A program made the position numbers and the translations under genes. Positions 52,531-64,000 of a DNA stretch of 64,000 nucleotides are shown one piece after another. Source of the stretch: Lama guanicoe (taxonomy: Eukaryota); assembly GCA_013239625.1 (NCBI GenBank), contig MU053758.1, forward strand, positions 2,728,001 through 2,792,000. Reading direction: 5' to 3'. The notes under the pieces are model-generated. The model saw nothing but the letters and a program-made list of their open reading frames with translations. It was not told where the DNA came from and did no database searches. The stretch's first letter is position 1. Every line of letters starts with the position of its first letter.

Positions 52531-53108
52531 CAATTGGTCCAGTGAGGAAGAAATCCTATGCAATTTATTCATGGAATTGCCATCTGCCTGGCCTTAGAAA
52601 TCTTGACCACAAAGTCCTCCTTTTTCCTCACCCCCTCCTCACACTTTCTATTGATCAACAAAGTCTGCAAATTAATAATAACGTGATGACTATACTCTCA
52701 AGCATTACCAGGTGCCACACGAAATGATAAACACTTTACATGGATTATTTCATTGAATCCTCACATTGACCCTGTGAGGTAGGTAATGTTACCAACATTT
52801 TACAGATGAGGAAACTGAGATAGAGAGGTTAAATCAGACATAGCCAATAAACGGTGGAACTGTGATAGTTGCTTGTAGGCTCACACCAGAGCCTCTACTC
52901 ATAACTCCTGCATCTCCTCATTCCTGCAATACCTCCATACTATAGCACCTTACATCAACCATTCATTATCTCACCTGGACTAACAGCCTTCAAGCTGGCC
53001 TCCTGTCTTCAGTGCAAAGATACATTGAAGTCAGCTTTCAAAAACACAAATCTGATCATTCCGCACTTTGCTGGAACTCCTTCGATGTTTCACCTAGTCC
53101 GATAAATT

Positions 53109-53406
53109 AGTTGCCCCTCAGTATCTGAGGCGGATTAGTTCCAGGACCCTCTTCGGGATACCAAAATCCTCAAATGCACAAGTCTCTTATATAAAATGGC
53201 GTATATTTGCATATAACCTATGCTCACCCTCTAAATCATCTCTAGGTTACCTATGATACCTAACACCATGTAAATTGTTGCTGGGCATGCGGTAAATTCA
53301 AGTTTTGCTTCTTGGAATTTTCTGGAATTCTTTTCCTGAATATTTTTGATTCCCAGTTGGTTGAATCCACATTTGTGGAACCTTCAGATATGGAGGGTTG
53401 ACTGTA
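53109..53406. mobile_element. MER2/Tigger-like TcMar element inserted in L2-like sequence
   Basis: Terminal inverted repeats tagttgcccctcagtatctg ... cagatatggagggttgactgta; internal gttccaggaccc...ataccaaaatcc. Confidence 0.7.
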
Positions 53407-53784
53407 TTCGTTTCTTAACTGGGCCTTCAGACCTTGATAATGTGGTCTCAACACACCTTGCCTGCTTTATCCTCTTTACTCTCCACTATCCAAGCTAAAC
53501 TCCATCCAACTTCTCCCATTTACTCCAATACATCTTTTTATCCCATGCCTTTGCAATGTTCTCACCTCTGTCTGAAATGTCCTCCTTTGGCCTCAACCTT
53601 TAAGACGCACCTCAGTTGTCACTTCCTCAGTTCTTTCCAGAGTATGTTCTATCTTCTCTGTGCTTGCAGACAACTTCATTCTCTTCTACGTTTCACTATT
53701 TTTTACACTCTATTTATATGACTATCATTCCCAACTAAGGTAAAGGTCATGGGTATATATTTTCTCTTATATATCTAAACAGCT

Positions 53785-54725
53785 GATTTACTCATTCAGT
53801 GAATGTTTATTAACTGCCACTTTGTGCCAGGTATGGTTCCAGGGGCTGAGGATACAGCAGTGAACAAGACACAAAGCTCACATTCTAATGGGAGAGGACA
53901 ATAAACAATGAAAAGTACATGTTAGATGGTAATAAGTATATGAAAAAAAAATAAATCAGGGAAGGGGAGAGGGAATTTGGAGGAGTTTGTGGGTTACACA
54001 GGGTAGCCATGTATGAAAGTATGTCAATATCTTAAGGAAGAATGGCCCAGGTGGAGGGAACAGCAAACAAAAGGACCTGCGCAGACACACGCTGGGTGAG
54101 TATGGCAGGAGCGGAGTGAGTAAGGTGTAGAGTCATAAGAGCCAAACTCAGCAGAACCAGCAGGCCATATCCTATAGGCTGTACTGATGATTTTGTTTTT
54201 ACTCCAAATAAGATGGAAGGTTGTGAGAGGGTTTTGGGTGGAGAAAGAGCATGATCTCTCCCACGTCTTTTATCAGGATCACTATGGCTACTGTGAACAG
54301 ACTTACGTGGGGGAAGGCAAAGGTTGAAACTGAAGAGACTAATTAACAAGGTTACTGCAATAACAAAAAGTGAGATATGATTATGGCTCAGACCAAGGTG
54401 GAAGGTGTGGAGATGATTCTGGAGATATATATCTGTATCTATATATCTATATCTATATAGAAGGGCAATGGAACTGAAGAGTGATTGGGCATGGAGTGAG
54501 AGAGAAAGAGAAGAATGCTGTAGAAGAAGCAGGATTTGGGTGAGGGAAATTAAGGAGTGTGATTTTAGATGTAAGTCTGAAATGCCTATTAGACATCCAA
54601 GTGGATCTGTCTCTTAGGTGGTTGAATATATACGATTTTGGAATTATGAGTGGAAGAAGATATAAATTTAGGAGTTGCCAGTATAGAGATGGTATTCAAA
54701 GTCCTGACATTGAAAAAGATCACCA
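53785..54725 (-). mobile_element. L2 LINE fragment
   Basis: attcagtgaatgtttattaactgccactttgtgccagg...gggctgaggatacagcagtgaacaagaca and later tgaaatgcctattagacatccaagtgga. Confidence 0.75.
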
Positions 54726-55529
54726 TATCCTACATGCCTGCTGCCACATCCCGCTTCACCCCAATACTCCCCTTGCAGATCTGAGGCCATACGTTCTGGT
54801 AGAAGGCTGGGGCTCTCTTGGTGTCCTAACACATTAGCATCCATTTATTTAAAATTTCCAGCGCTTCATGCTTTGGGCCTACAAGGCAGAGATGGTTTTA
54901 ATTAGAGGTTTTCACATTAGGCCAAAGAATGTTACTCATCTCCGTCTCTATATGGACTGGAAAAAAAAATCCCACCTGAACAGAAAAGAAGAAAACATCA
55001 ACTGAAACTAAAAGTTTTTCCACTCAGAATTCTGTGAGGACTTGGTGGCTAAAGTGGCCTGGAAGTTCAGACAGACAGACAGACAGACATCCACAAGATG
55101 AACTCTTTCTGAGAAGACAAAGTGCTCAGCATAAGAGAATACCCTAAAGTATTCCTATTCCCTATTCCTAACCCCTTTCGAGATTTCCTTTGCTTCAGTC
55201 TTTCAAGAAACCCCAAGAAGATGCTACAATTGACTTAAGAAGGCTGGGGAGATGGCCATTGGGAAAGAACTCTTAGTAGTTGGCAATGCTTCATTCCAGG
55301 GAGGTGGTGGCAACAACTCCCTAGGCAGAAGACATCATGGATTTTCCTCCCTCAGGGAACCAGAGGTCCCCTCCGTTTCTGGTCAGGATCCCTTAGAGAC
55401 AAAGAACTTCATTCTCTCCCATAACAGTTTGGGGCTGCAGGGGAGGGCAGGGGGTGGAGGGGTTAGAAGTCTATGCCCAGGAAACACCCACAGGCTCAAA
55501 CAGGAGCCTGTATCCTGACTCTGGTCCAG

Positions 55530-56582
55530 GAGGAGTGCGGGGCCGCGGCGGCCGCGGGTCCCCTCTGGCGAGGGCCAGGCCAGTTGCCAAGGTGCCCAGG
55601 AAAGGGGCCGCCCAGCGCAGGCTGGGAACGTGGAGCGCCCGGGACACTTCCACAGAGGGCGCATCTGCCTGCCGAAACCCCTTTCCTTCCCCTCAACTCC
55701 ATTCTCTCGCGCTCCGCTCTCCCGGGGCGCCTCCGCATTCCCCTTCTACCCGTCGCCGCCCTCGCCCTTTCTTCCCTCCTCCTGACCCTCCCCCGGATCG
55801 CCCCTCCCCCGGCAGCCCACCTTCACCCCGCCGCTCCGCGGGCTCCTCGATCCTCGCCCCTCATCCCCGGCCTCCCCTCGCCGGCCCCCCGCGCCCGGGG
55901 CCCCCGCGGCCCCCTCCCCGCCCTCCTCGAGGCAGCGGCGGCCCCTTCCACAATAGCGCGATCCGCCTCCCTCCTCTCGGCTCCGGTTCGCTCCCGCCCG
56001 CTTCCCTCCCCGCGCATGCGCCCTCCGGTCGGCGGCGGCTGCGGCGGTGGTGGCTCCGAGCGGCTCCGTTTTTTTAAAGGGAAACGCTGAGGCGCCAGGG
56101 GTGACTGTGGGGGAGGGGGACCCCGAGCCCGGAGACCCCTGCAGGAGGCGACAGACCCCCTCCCGGAGTAGGAGGGCTTTGGGCGGACCCATCCCTCCCA
56201 CCCCCTCCTGGGGAGGAGGGGGGGGAAAATGGAGGCTCGGGGAGGCTGAGGCGAGCNNNNNNNNNNNNNNNTCCCTGGAAGAGCTCGGGGGCGGCTGGGT
56301 GCGAGCTCCTGCCTCTGAGGCGAAGGCGGCGGCGGCGGCAGCAGAGGCGGCGGCGAGGCCCCCATGGGCCGGCGGCGGGCCTCAGCCGCGGCCTCTACTT
56401 CACCGCACGCTGGCGGGATGGCGCCCGGGCCCCCGAGGAGCCGCGCCGGCCGAAGCCTGCTGCCGCGCTGCTGAGGCGAGCCCGCCAAACTCCCCTCCCC
56501 CTCCTCCGTCCTAGACCCCCCGCACCTCGCCCCTTCCCCACCCCCTCCTCCGTCTCGGTCCCCGGCGCTGCTCCGGACCACT
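55530..56582. promoter_or_regulatory. MSL1: MSL1 CpG-island promoter and GC-rich 5' leader
   Basis: Extreme GC and CpG content; NRF1-like cgcgcatgcgc near 56010. Confidence 0.85.
56257..56271. other. Assembly gap (15 N)
   Basis: Run of n. Confidence 1.
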
Positions 56583-57350
56583 ATGACCATGAGATCCGCA
56601 GTGTTCAAGGCGGCCGCGGCCCCTGCCGGCGGCAACCCTGAGCAGCGACTGGACTACGAGCGGGCTGCGGCGCTGGGCGGGCCCGAGGACGAGCCCGGGG
56701 CGGCCGAAGCCCACTTCCTCCCCCGGCACCGTAAGCTCAAGGAGCCGGGGCCCCCGCTGGCCTCCTCCCAGGGCGGGAGCCCGGCGCCCTCCCCGGCCGG
56801 CTGTGGCGGCAAGGGCCGGGGCTTGTTACTGCCGGCCGGGGCGGCCCCGGGGCAGCAGGAAGAGAGCTGGGGCGGCTCGGTGCCCTTGCCCTGTCCGCCC
56901 CCGGCCACCAAACAAGCTGGCATTGGGGGGGAGCCAGCGGCAGCCGGAGCCGGTTGCAGTCCCCGACCCAAGTATCAGGCGGTGCTGCCCATTCAGACGG
57001 GCTCTCTCGTGGCGGCGGCCAAAGAGCCTACGCCCTGGGCTGGGGACAAGGGTGGGGCGGCTCCCCCAGCTGCCACCGCCTCAGACCCGGCGGGACCCCC
57101 ACCACTACCTCTGCCCGGGCCGCCACCCCTTGCACCCACCGCCACCGCTGGGACCCTGGCGGCCAGCGAGGGCCGATGGAAGAGTATGAGGAAGAGCCCT
57201 CTCGGGGGTGGCGGCGGCTCGGGAGCCTCCAGTCAGGCCGCCTGCCTCAAACAGATCCTTCTGCTGCAATTGGACCTCATCGAACAGCAGCAGCAGCAGC
57301 TGCAGGCCAAGGAGAAGGAGATCGAGGAGCTGAAGTCTGAGAGAGACACG
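56583..57350 (+). CDS. MSL1: MSL complex subunit 1, exon 1 (256 codons)
   Basis: MTMRSAVFKAAAAPAGGNPEQRLDYE...QILLLQLDLIEQQQQQLQAKEKEIEELKSERDT (coiled coil); donor ACG|gtacgg. Confidence 0.96.
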
Positions 57351-58288
57351 GTACGGGAGGGGTTAATCTGCGTTCGGGACGAGGAGCGAGTTGTGCGCAT
57401 GCTCGGGGGAAGGGGTGCTGTAGGTTAAGGTATCCCTGGGTTAGGGTCTTGGAGGTTGGCCACCAGCAAAGGAGTCTTCTTAGGTGCCGGGTCCTTGGGA
57501 GCCAGGCTCACAGACACACTGAGTTGGAGGGAAAGGTTAAAGGGCAACCTCCTAGTGGGAGGGGGAGGGGAACGTTTCAGGTGCCAAAGGGTTAATTTAA
57601 AATGACAGCCCCAGACGTGTGGGAAAGACGTTTTGAGTGGGAAAAGACCTGATTTGTGAGAGGTTGAAAATGAAAAGGTGGGCTGCATATGTGGTGGCTT
57701 TATGGAAGGGGTTAAATTAAAGAGCTCTGCGTTAGAAGTGCGTTCTGGAGGAGAGGAACATAGCAGCTGTTGCTCTAAGCACTGCTGTAGCATCTTTACA
57801 GTAGTAGGCTTTTTAACTGGCAGATACGTAGAGGTGATTCACAGCGGAATCCTGTTTTAGCTTTTAAAACTGACATTAAGAGAATCATTGCCTTTGATTT
57901 CAGACAGTTTTTAATAGGAATCTGAGTTATAAAACATGACCTACTGACCAGTTCCTTGTATAAGCATGGTGTTTAGAGGCTGGAAGATTTTTAAGGCATC
58001 AGTGGAAATTAAGCTTATTAAGTGTATTAAGTAGACCAAAATTTCCCCCCACTATTTTAGAATCTTGAAGTAGTGGGGAAGTCGTTTATTACTTCTTTGT
58101 ACTTCTCAGGAGCATGACTATATAGGCTTGTTTTTACTGCAGCAGTAGTTAAAGGCACCTTTCACGTTAAAACATATTCCTTCATGTATCAGGAAAGCTG
58201 TGGTGGTGGGGTAATACCGTGCTAGCATACCTTACAGCTGCCTAAAAATAAACATGGTTTCTACAATTGTTGTGTTCTGGCTGCAGCA

Positions 58289-58336
58289 GTCTCTCTCCCT
58301 CTCCCTCCCTTTCCCTCTCTCTCTCTCTCTCTCTCT
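58289..58336. repeat. (CT)n-rich tract
   Basis: Read directly. Confidence 0.85.
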
Positions 58337-59802
58337 GGCGTTTGTGTGCACCAAGGGCTGAGCATGGGAGCGAGGGCTATTCATTTCGTTTGCTTTCCAA
58401 ATGAATCTCTTCAGGCAGCGGCTACCGGAGAATGCATTCTGCAAGGTGGAATGGGAGCTGGGGCAGGTCTCATTAAAATATCTCATGGTGTTGATTTGTG
58501 GAAGTTACTCAACATGGAGGTGGCACTGCTCAGCTACTGTACTGCAGTCTAGGGGTGTGATGGTACTGTAATAACAACACATCATATCCTTACTTGGCAG
58601 GGGGGAGGAGGGAAGAGAAGGACCAGTGAAGGAGAAGAAATCAAGGAAATGTCACCCACAAACCGTGGTTAAGTAATGTTAAGGCTGTGACTCAAAACTG
58701 GAAATAGAGTATTGCTGACAGGGGGCTCTCTGCTGATTGTGGAGGTTTCTGCTCAGTTCCCGAGGTAATGGCCCCTTTGCAGACTTTCCTAGGCAGGAAA
58801 AGTGGGGTGAGTTAAGGATAGCGTGTCAGTCTGAACTTGGCATTCACTGCTTCTGTTGTGTATTGCAGACTTAGCATTGCCTAAGCTTGTTTCTCTTATT
58901 CCAGTTGCTGTTTGGCCTCTCATGAAATCTATGCAGCTAAATGGATGTAGTGAAATCAACATTAATATCACTGTCTAACCCAAATAAAATTCTGCTTATA
59001 GGAGATAAGTAGCACAGTTGGCACCTCTTTTTGGAACATTTTAATGTGAAGTTTTCAATGATACAGACTTCCATTTTCTGTTTGATTATGTGGTCCGCCC
59101 TTTAAATAGAGTTAGAAGATTTTGTTTTTAATACTTAGCTAAATAGGTTTTTTTTCTGTTATCTCGAATGTAAAGCAATATGCATATTTGATGGTCGATG
59201 GGATTTATGGGTACTGGTTCTTATAATTATTCCAAATTGAGTGTTCACTGTTTAGGTGGCACCTCCCCCCTCCTCCTTTCGAATAACACTGGAATCCCTA
59301 GTGGCACTGTGATTGTGTGAGATTTTAATTTCTTCTCAATGTACTGTCTGGACTTTGCCCTTGTGTATAGCGTTTTGGAGTGAAAGTAGAGTGGATAGTG
59401 TTTGGAGAACCTTAGGGCCTCCTCAAAGAGCATTAAGGTTAATTCTGGAAACTCCCAAACTGACTTGGAGCCACAAGGTTAGCTGTAGCAGAGACCATGC
59501 CATTTAAGAAACATGTTGTGGCATCCCAGCGAAGAGGATTTTCTTTCAGAAGAATGAACTACAAATTCCCCCATGCCCTTCCCCAACTACAACGGTTAGC
59601 CCCTACAATTAAATGGTGTACCTTGTCTTGTCTATTGTGTTTAAGGAAATCTAGTCAGATTAATGTCTGCCTATTAAAATAAGTTGAATTGCTATAGCTC
59701 ATGGAAAAAGGCAGAAGACCATATTGATTCCAAAATGGGGCCAAGTACCTGCGTTGAATTTTTTTGTTTTTTAAGCCTGCATTTTGCCACTCTCTCTTTT
59801 AG

Positions 59803-60026
59803 CTTCTTGCTCGGATTGAACGTATGGAAAGGCGGATGCAGCTGGTAAAGAAGGATAACGAGAAAGAAAGGCACAAGCTGTTTCAGGGCTATGAAACTGA
59901 AGAGAGAGAGGAAACGGAGCTATCTGAGAAAATTAAACTGGAGTGCCAGCCGGAGCTTTCTGAGACATCCCAGACTCTGCCTCCCAAGCCTTTCTCCTGT
60001 GGGCGGAGTGGAAAGGGACACAAAAG
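59803..60026 (+). CDS. MSL1: MSL1 exon 2
   Basis: LLARIERMERRMQLVKKD...RSGKGHK; 224 nt; ctctcttttag acceptor, AAG|gtgtgc donor. Confidence 0.96.
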
Positions 60027-60682
60027 GTGTGCTGATAACTTTGTTACACTGTCTAGACAGGAGGACACTTGTTTCCAGTGACTGAGAGTAAGGGATTAGG
60101 ATTTATGAATTATGAAATTTTATGTTTTCTTCCCTATCTAATTGGAAGCCCCCATTTGGAAGTATAGAAGGAAAGATTCCTATTATGAATTAGTTTTAAT
60201 ACAACTATATTAATCATGAGGTCTTCTGTGCTGAGAAACTATCTTGAAATATTCTTACACAGTGTATAAAAGTCTGTTAGGAACATATTGGTCACAGTAG
60301 TAATTACAGAATGCAGAGTACATCATAAAGAGAATGGGCCACAAATGTGACAGCTGAGTTTCTTAAAGAGAACTATAGCACTTCACTTCAAGTTAAGAAG
60401 TGTTAAATTCTTTCATTGCATTAGACACTGTTTCACATTAAAATGTAAGATCTAACCATCCTTGGACTCAAAGTGATTAGTCTGGCTGTAAAGATGACAT
60501 ACATTTTGAAAACTTTGCAGGATTCAACTGCAATAAAATATGCTGATAGACTATAGTGATATTAAGTTTTGTAAGATTCAGAGGTGTTAAAAATTATTGT
60601 GAGTTAGAATAGTGAAACTTTAAGGAGAAGAGGGATCTTGGAACAAAATATGGTAAAAAGGAGAAGAGATGGCATTCTAGAA

Positions 60683-60702
60683 GTGTGTGTGTGTGTGTGT
60701 GT
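60683..60702. repeat. (GT)n microsatellite
   Basis: Read directly. Confidence 0.9.
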
Positions 60703-61156
60703 AGATTGGTGGGAAATAGCCAGAAGATACAAGAAAAAAAGAAATAGAGATTATAATTAACATGGTATAGGATTGAGGGTGTGTAGCAGGGGAATAAGAG
60801 ACTGGTCCCTGGTTGACAGGACTGAAATAGGCCTCAGGGTAGAGGCATCTAATGTTAGCTAAAAGGATCTTGAATAAAATAGGAACCTTTTTAGATTTAG
60901 TAGGCAGTAGGATCCCAGTAGAGGTTCTTAATCATGGAAACTCACTTGTTTAACAAACATTTACTAAGGGCCTGTTACATATACTGTTAAGCATGAAGCT
61001 GTTCTTCCTCATGATGGCCAAATGAACCCAGACAATTACATACCTGAATACTGGTCATTTTGGAGCAAGCTTAATTCTCTTGCCCCTAAATGTAATCAAA
61101 TCAGATTTCATTCAAGAGTCAATAAATTTTGTAATGTTTTCTTCCCTATCTAATAG

Positions 61157-61539
61157 GAAATCCCCATTTGGAAGTACAGAAAGAAAGATTCCTGTTAAAA
61201 AGCTGGCTCCTGAATTTTCAAAAGTCAAAACAAAAACTCCTAAGCACTCTCCCGTTAAAGAGGAACCCTGTGGTTCCTTATCTGAAACTGTTTGTAAACG
61301 TGAATTGAGGAGCCAAGAAACTCCAGAAAAGCCCCGGTCTTCAGTGGACACCCCACCAAGACTCTCGACTCCCCAGAAGGGACCCAGCACCCATCCCAAG
61401 GAGAAAGCCTTCTCAAGTGAGATAGAAGATTTGCCGTACCTTTCCACCACAGAAATGTATTTGTGTCGTTGGCACCAGCCTCCCCCATCACCGTTACCAT
61501 TACGGGAATCCTCTCCAAAGAAGGAGGAGACTGTAGCAA
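61157..61539 (+). CDS. MSL1: MSL1 exon 3
   Basis: KSPFGSTERK...LPYLSTTEMYLCRWHQPPPSPLP...KEETVA; 383 nt; donor A|gtaagg. Confidence 0.96.
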
Positions 61540-63447
61540 GTAAGGCATAGAGAACACTTGCTCTTATACCCTAGTGGTGGCGGTCAAGCTAACAAGTGTG
61601 AAAATGCCTTTGGCATTTTTTAAAAAGTGCAATCAATAAAGCAGAGTTCTGTCAAGAATGAGTAAGTTAACAGCCAGAGACAGACACTGTGCAGGCATTG
61701 CAAATAGATGGAATTACAGCAAAATGTGCTCAATGTATTTGCCTGCTTACAACACTGGGAGATGTGTTTGCCAGTAAGTTGCTCATCACAAGAGCACCAG
61801 ACTTGGGGGTGTAATCTCCGGCAACTTGCATGCCCTCTGAAAGAAGGGTTTTCTGTGCTGTGAAATGCATAGAACTTATACTTTGCCATGCACGACTGTT
61901 CCTGCAATTGATATTGTGTGAAACCTGGGAGGGTGGTCTTTGGGTGTTCTCAGGGGCCAATGGTAATTTTTGGGTTGGGGAGCCAGCTTGGGGTGGGGAA
62001 TTTCACCTGGGCCTCCGCTCTTTAACTATATAAAACATTTATCTGTATCTCTATGTCCCGGTCTGGGGGGCAGGAGGAATCTGCCAAAGACCAACAGTCT
62101 TACTTTATCTTACTATACTTCACAAAGGTTCTAAATGTGAAGAGTTTACTTGGATTGCAGTAGCCCATTGGTTGTTCATATATTTAAATAAAATGGTCTA
62201 CAAACTATTTTTCAAACAATAAGGACTATCTTGGGATATCTGAGCTGCTTGGGATGGGTGTGGGGTATGGGACCTTGGTCTTCATTCCCTTTTTTTCTTC
62301 ATGGCTTCCACACAGAGATGCTCCCCTATCTCCTACATCAACCAGTAACTGGAATGTGCCTTCAATCGTGTCACGTTAGTCTGTGACAGTCACTGCGGGT
62401 GCTCTGGGGTGATGGTGGGGAAGCCTTCTTGGATAGACCCGCAGCCCTGAGTTTCTACTACTATGTCTTTCCCTAGCGGGGATGGGGATGGGAATCCATT
62501 CCAATGAGACAAGAGCATTCTCCAGGCTTTGTTTGGCTGTTCTGTGACAAAATTAAGTGGGGAAGATAGATTCGTTTTCTTAATTATCTAAAATTCATTA
62601 GGTCTCACACTTGAGTACATGAGATAGACCAGGACCCTGATCTAGGTTCAGGTTTATTGTTGGTTCAGTCAGTTGAACAGGTTCATCCTTAATGGTTAAC
62701 CTTCTTGCTGCCATGGCAATGCTGTGTGATAACTTAAGAGAAACTGTGAAGCAATTTCCCATCCGGGATTGGGAAATGGCTTGGTCCGGAGCTGTTCTGT
62801 GTGACTGGCTGTTTTTGAAAACCCTCTCTGCTCTAGTACAGAAAATTCCAAACACCTCTGAGATTGTGGGTCTAGGAGTACAGAAGGAGTATGATTGCGG
62901 GATCCCCGCCCTTTGAGGAGCCTGAGTTGTGAATAAACGTGTGAATCCTTATTCTTGACGCCCCCTATCTCAAGAGGAAGTCTCAATGGCTTGTTCTGAG
63001 GAAGCCAAAGTCTTTGTGCATGTTGTTCAGGCTGGACCAGCAAGGTAGTTTGTTTGGAGGGAGGAGGGAGCTGTTTAAGAAGACTACATATGTAAGTTTT
63101 GAGAACACTGATCTTTTATTTGAAAAATAGGGTCAACTTTTACTCACCTGCCATGTTCTGAGTTTAAGGTTTGATATCCTTGGCCATCAACTGTTGCAGG
63201 GAAACCACCCTAAATAATGAAGAAAAGAAGTCGTCTCAGTGTAAAAAAAAAAGTGGTGGGCTTATTTTCTTTTCTTTTGTCTGTTGTTCCCTCTTCCCCT
63301 TCCCCAGAGAGAAATTCTCAAAAGAACAACTCAAAAAACCAAAATGGCTTCCTAGTGAGAACTTCAGTGATGATCCTTTCCTCCATTTTGGGTGTGGGCT
63401 TTTTTTCTTTTTACACTGAGATGATTCTTCTTTCCTGCATTATTTAG

Positions 63448-63495
63448 GGTGTCTGATGCCATCAAGTGTTGCAGGAGAAACTTCAGTCTTGGCTG
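63448..63495 (+). CDS. MSL1: MSL1 exon 4 (RCLMPSSVAGETSVLA); gene continues past the right window edge
   Basis: Acceptor ttcttctttcctgcattatttag, donor G|gtgagt; 48 nt, frame-preserving. Confidence 0.9.
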
Positions 63496-64000
63496 GTGAG
63501 TAGAATAGGAGCTACTGTGCTGGCTGGGCCTGGGGTGGTGGTTGGTGGGATGGTGGATGGTTGGGAGCTGCATTTCCCCATCAGCTGGATGTGGGAGAGT
63601 GAGATTCCTTGGCATATGATTACACTATAGACTTCAAAATGACTACAAATTTCAGTTGTTTTTCAGGAACTGCAATAGCATCCATTATATGAATTGTCAG
63701 GTATCGGTTTAGGGTTTTTTTGTGATCCTGTGTTTGGCAGACGGCAATGGCATTTTAGGTTCTTTTAATATCATAGCAAGGACACTGAATATGGCTTCAG
63801 GTGAGGCCATAGAATGGATTCCTATCACTTGGTAACTTTGTCTTATCTGGGGAGAGACCTCTTGTCCTAGTGAATAGTAGGTTGTGTGACCTTGGATTTA
63901 AGGGTGGTTCCACCCCTCCTCCCTTTCTTTTTCTTTTTTTTTTTTCTTTCCAGTTCCTTCTTGGAGGTACCACTCAGTAGAGCCTCTAAGGGACCCAAAT

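Noticed and set aside
55454..56635. Long ORFs on both strands of the MSL1 promoter
   Set aside because: CpG-island artefacts; two of them span the N gap, so their frame is undefined
57351..57428. MSL1 exon 1 ORF extension to 281 aa
   Set aside because: A donor at 57351 joins exon 2 in frame, and I saw no nearby poly(A) signal supporting a terminal exon

Overview
Mammalian genomic DNA containing the syntenic block MED24(-) / THRA(+) / NR1D1(-) / MSL1(+). Five copies of a tRNA-Ala(AGC)-derived SINE resembling Vic-1 suggest a camelid (inference). I rebuilt exons by hand from GT-AG sites and reading frame: the first two MED24 coding exons, complete TRalpha1 (410 aa) and TRalpha2 (490 aa), complete Rev-erbalpha (614 aa), and the first four MSL1 coding exons. 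The most striking feature, the THRA/NR1D1 antisense coding overlap (263 nt exon overlap, 200 nt coding on both strands), is already known. I found no wholly new gene system that I can establish from sequence alone. The best new candidates are: (1) a gapless paralogy-derived inverted repeat that could fold TRalpha2 exon 10 back over both exon 9 splice sites; (2) a hairpin over the TRalpha1 AATAAA; (3) an L2-derived TRalpha2 poly(A) signal; (4) a chain of exon-like units between MED24 and THRA; (5) a consensus RORE in THRA intron 1; (6) TGA-ATG stop-start uORFs in both receptor leaders; (7) an MSL1 intronic poly(A) isoform. Repeat family names and boundaries come from remembered consensus sequences and are approximate. 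There is a 15-N gap at 56257-56271.
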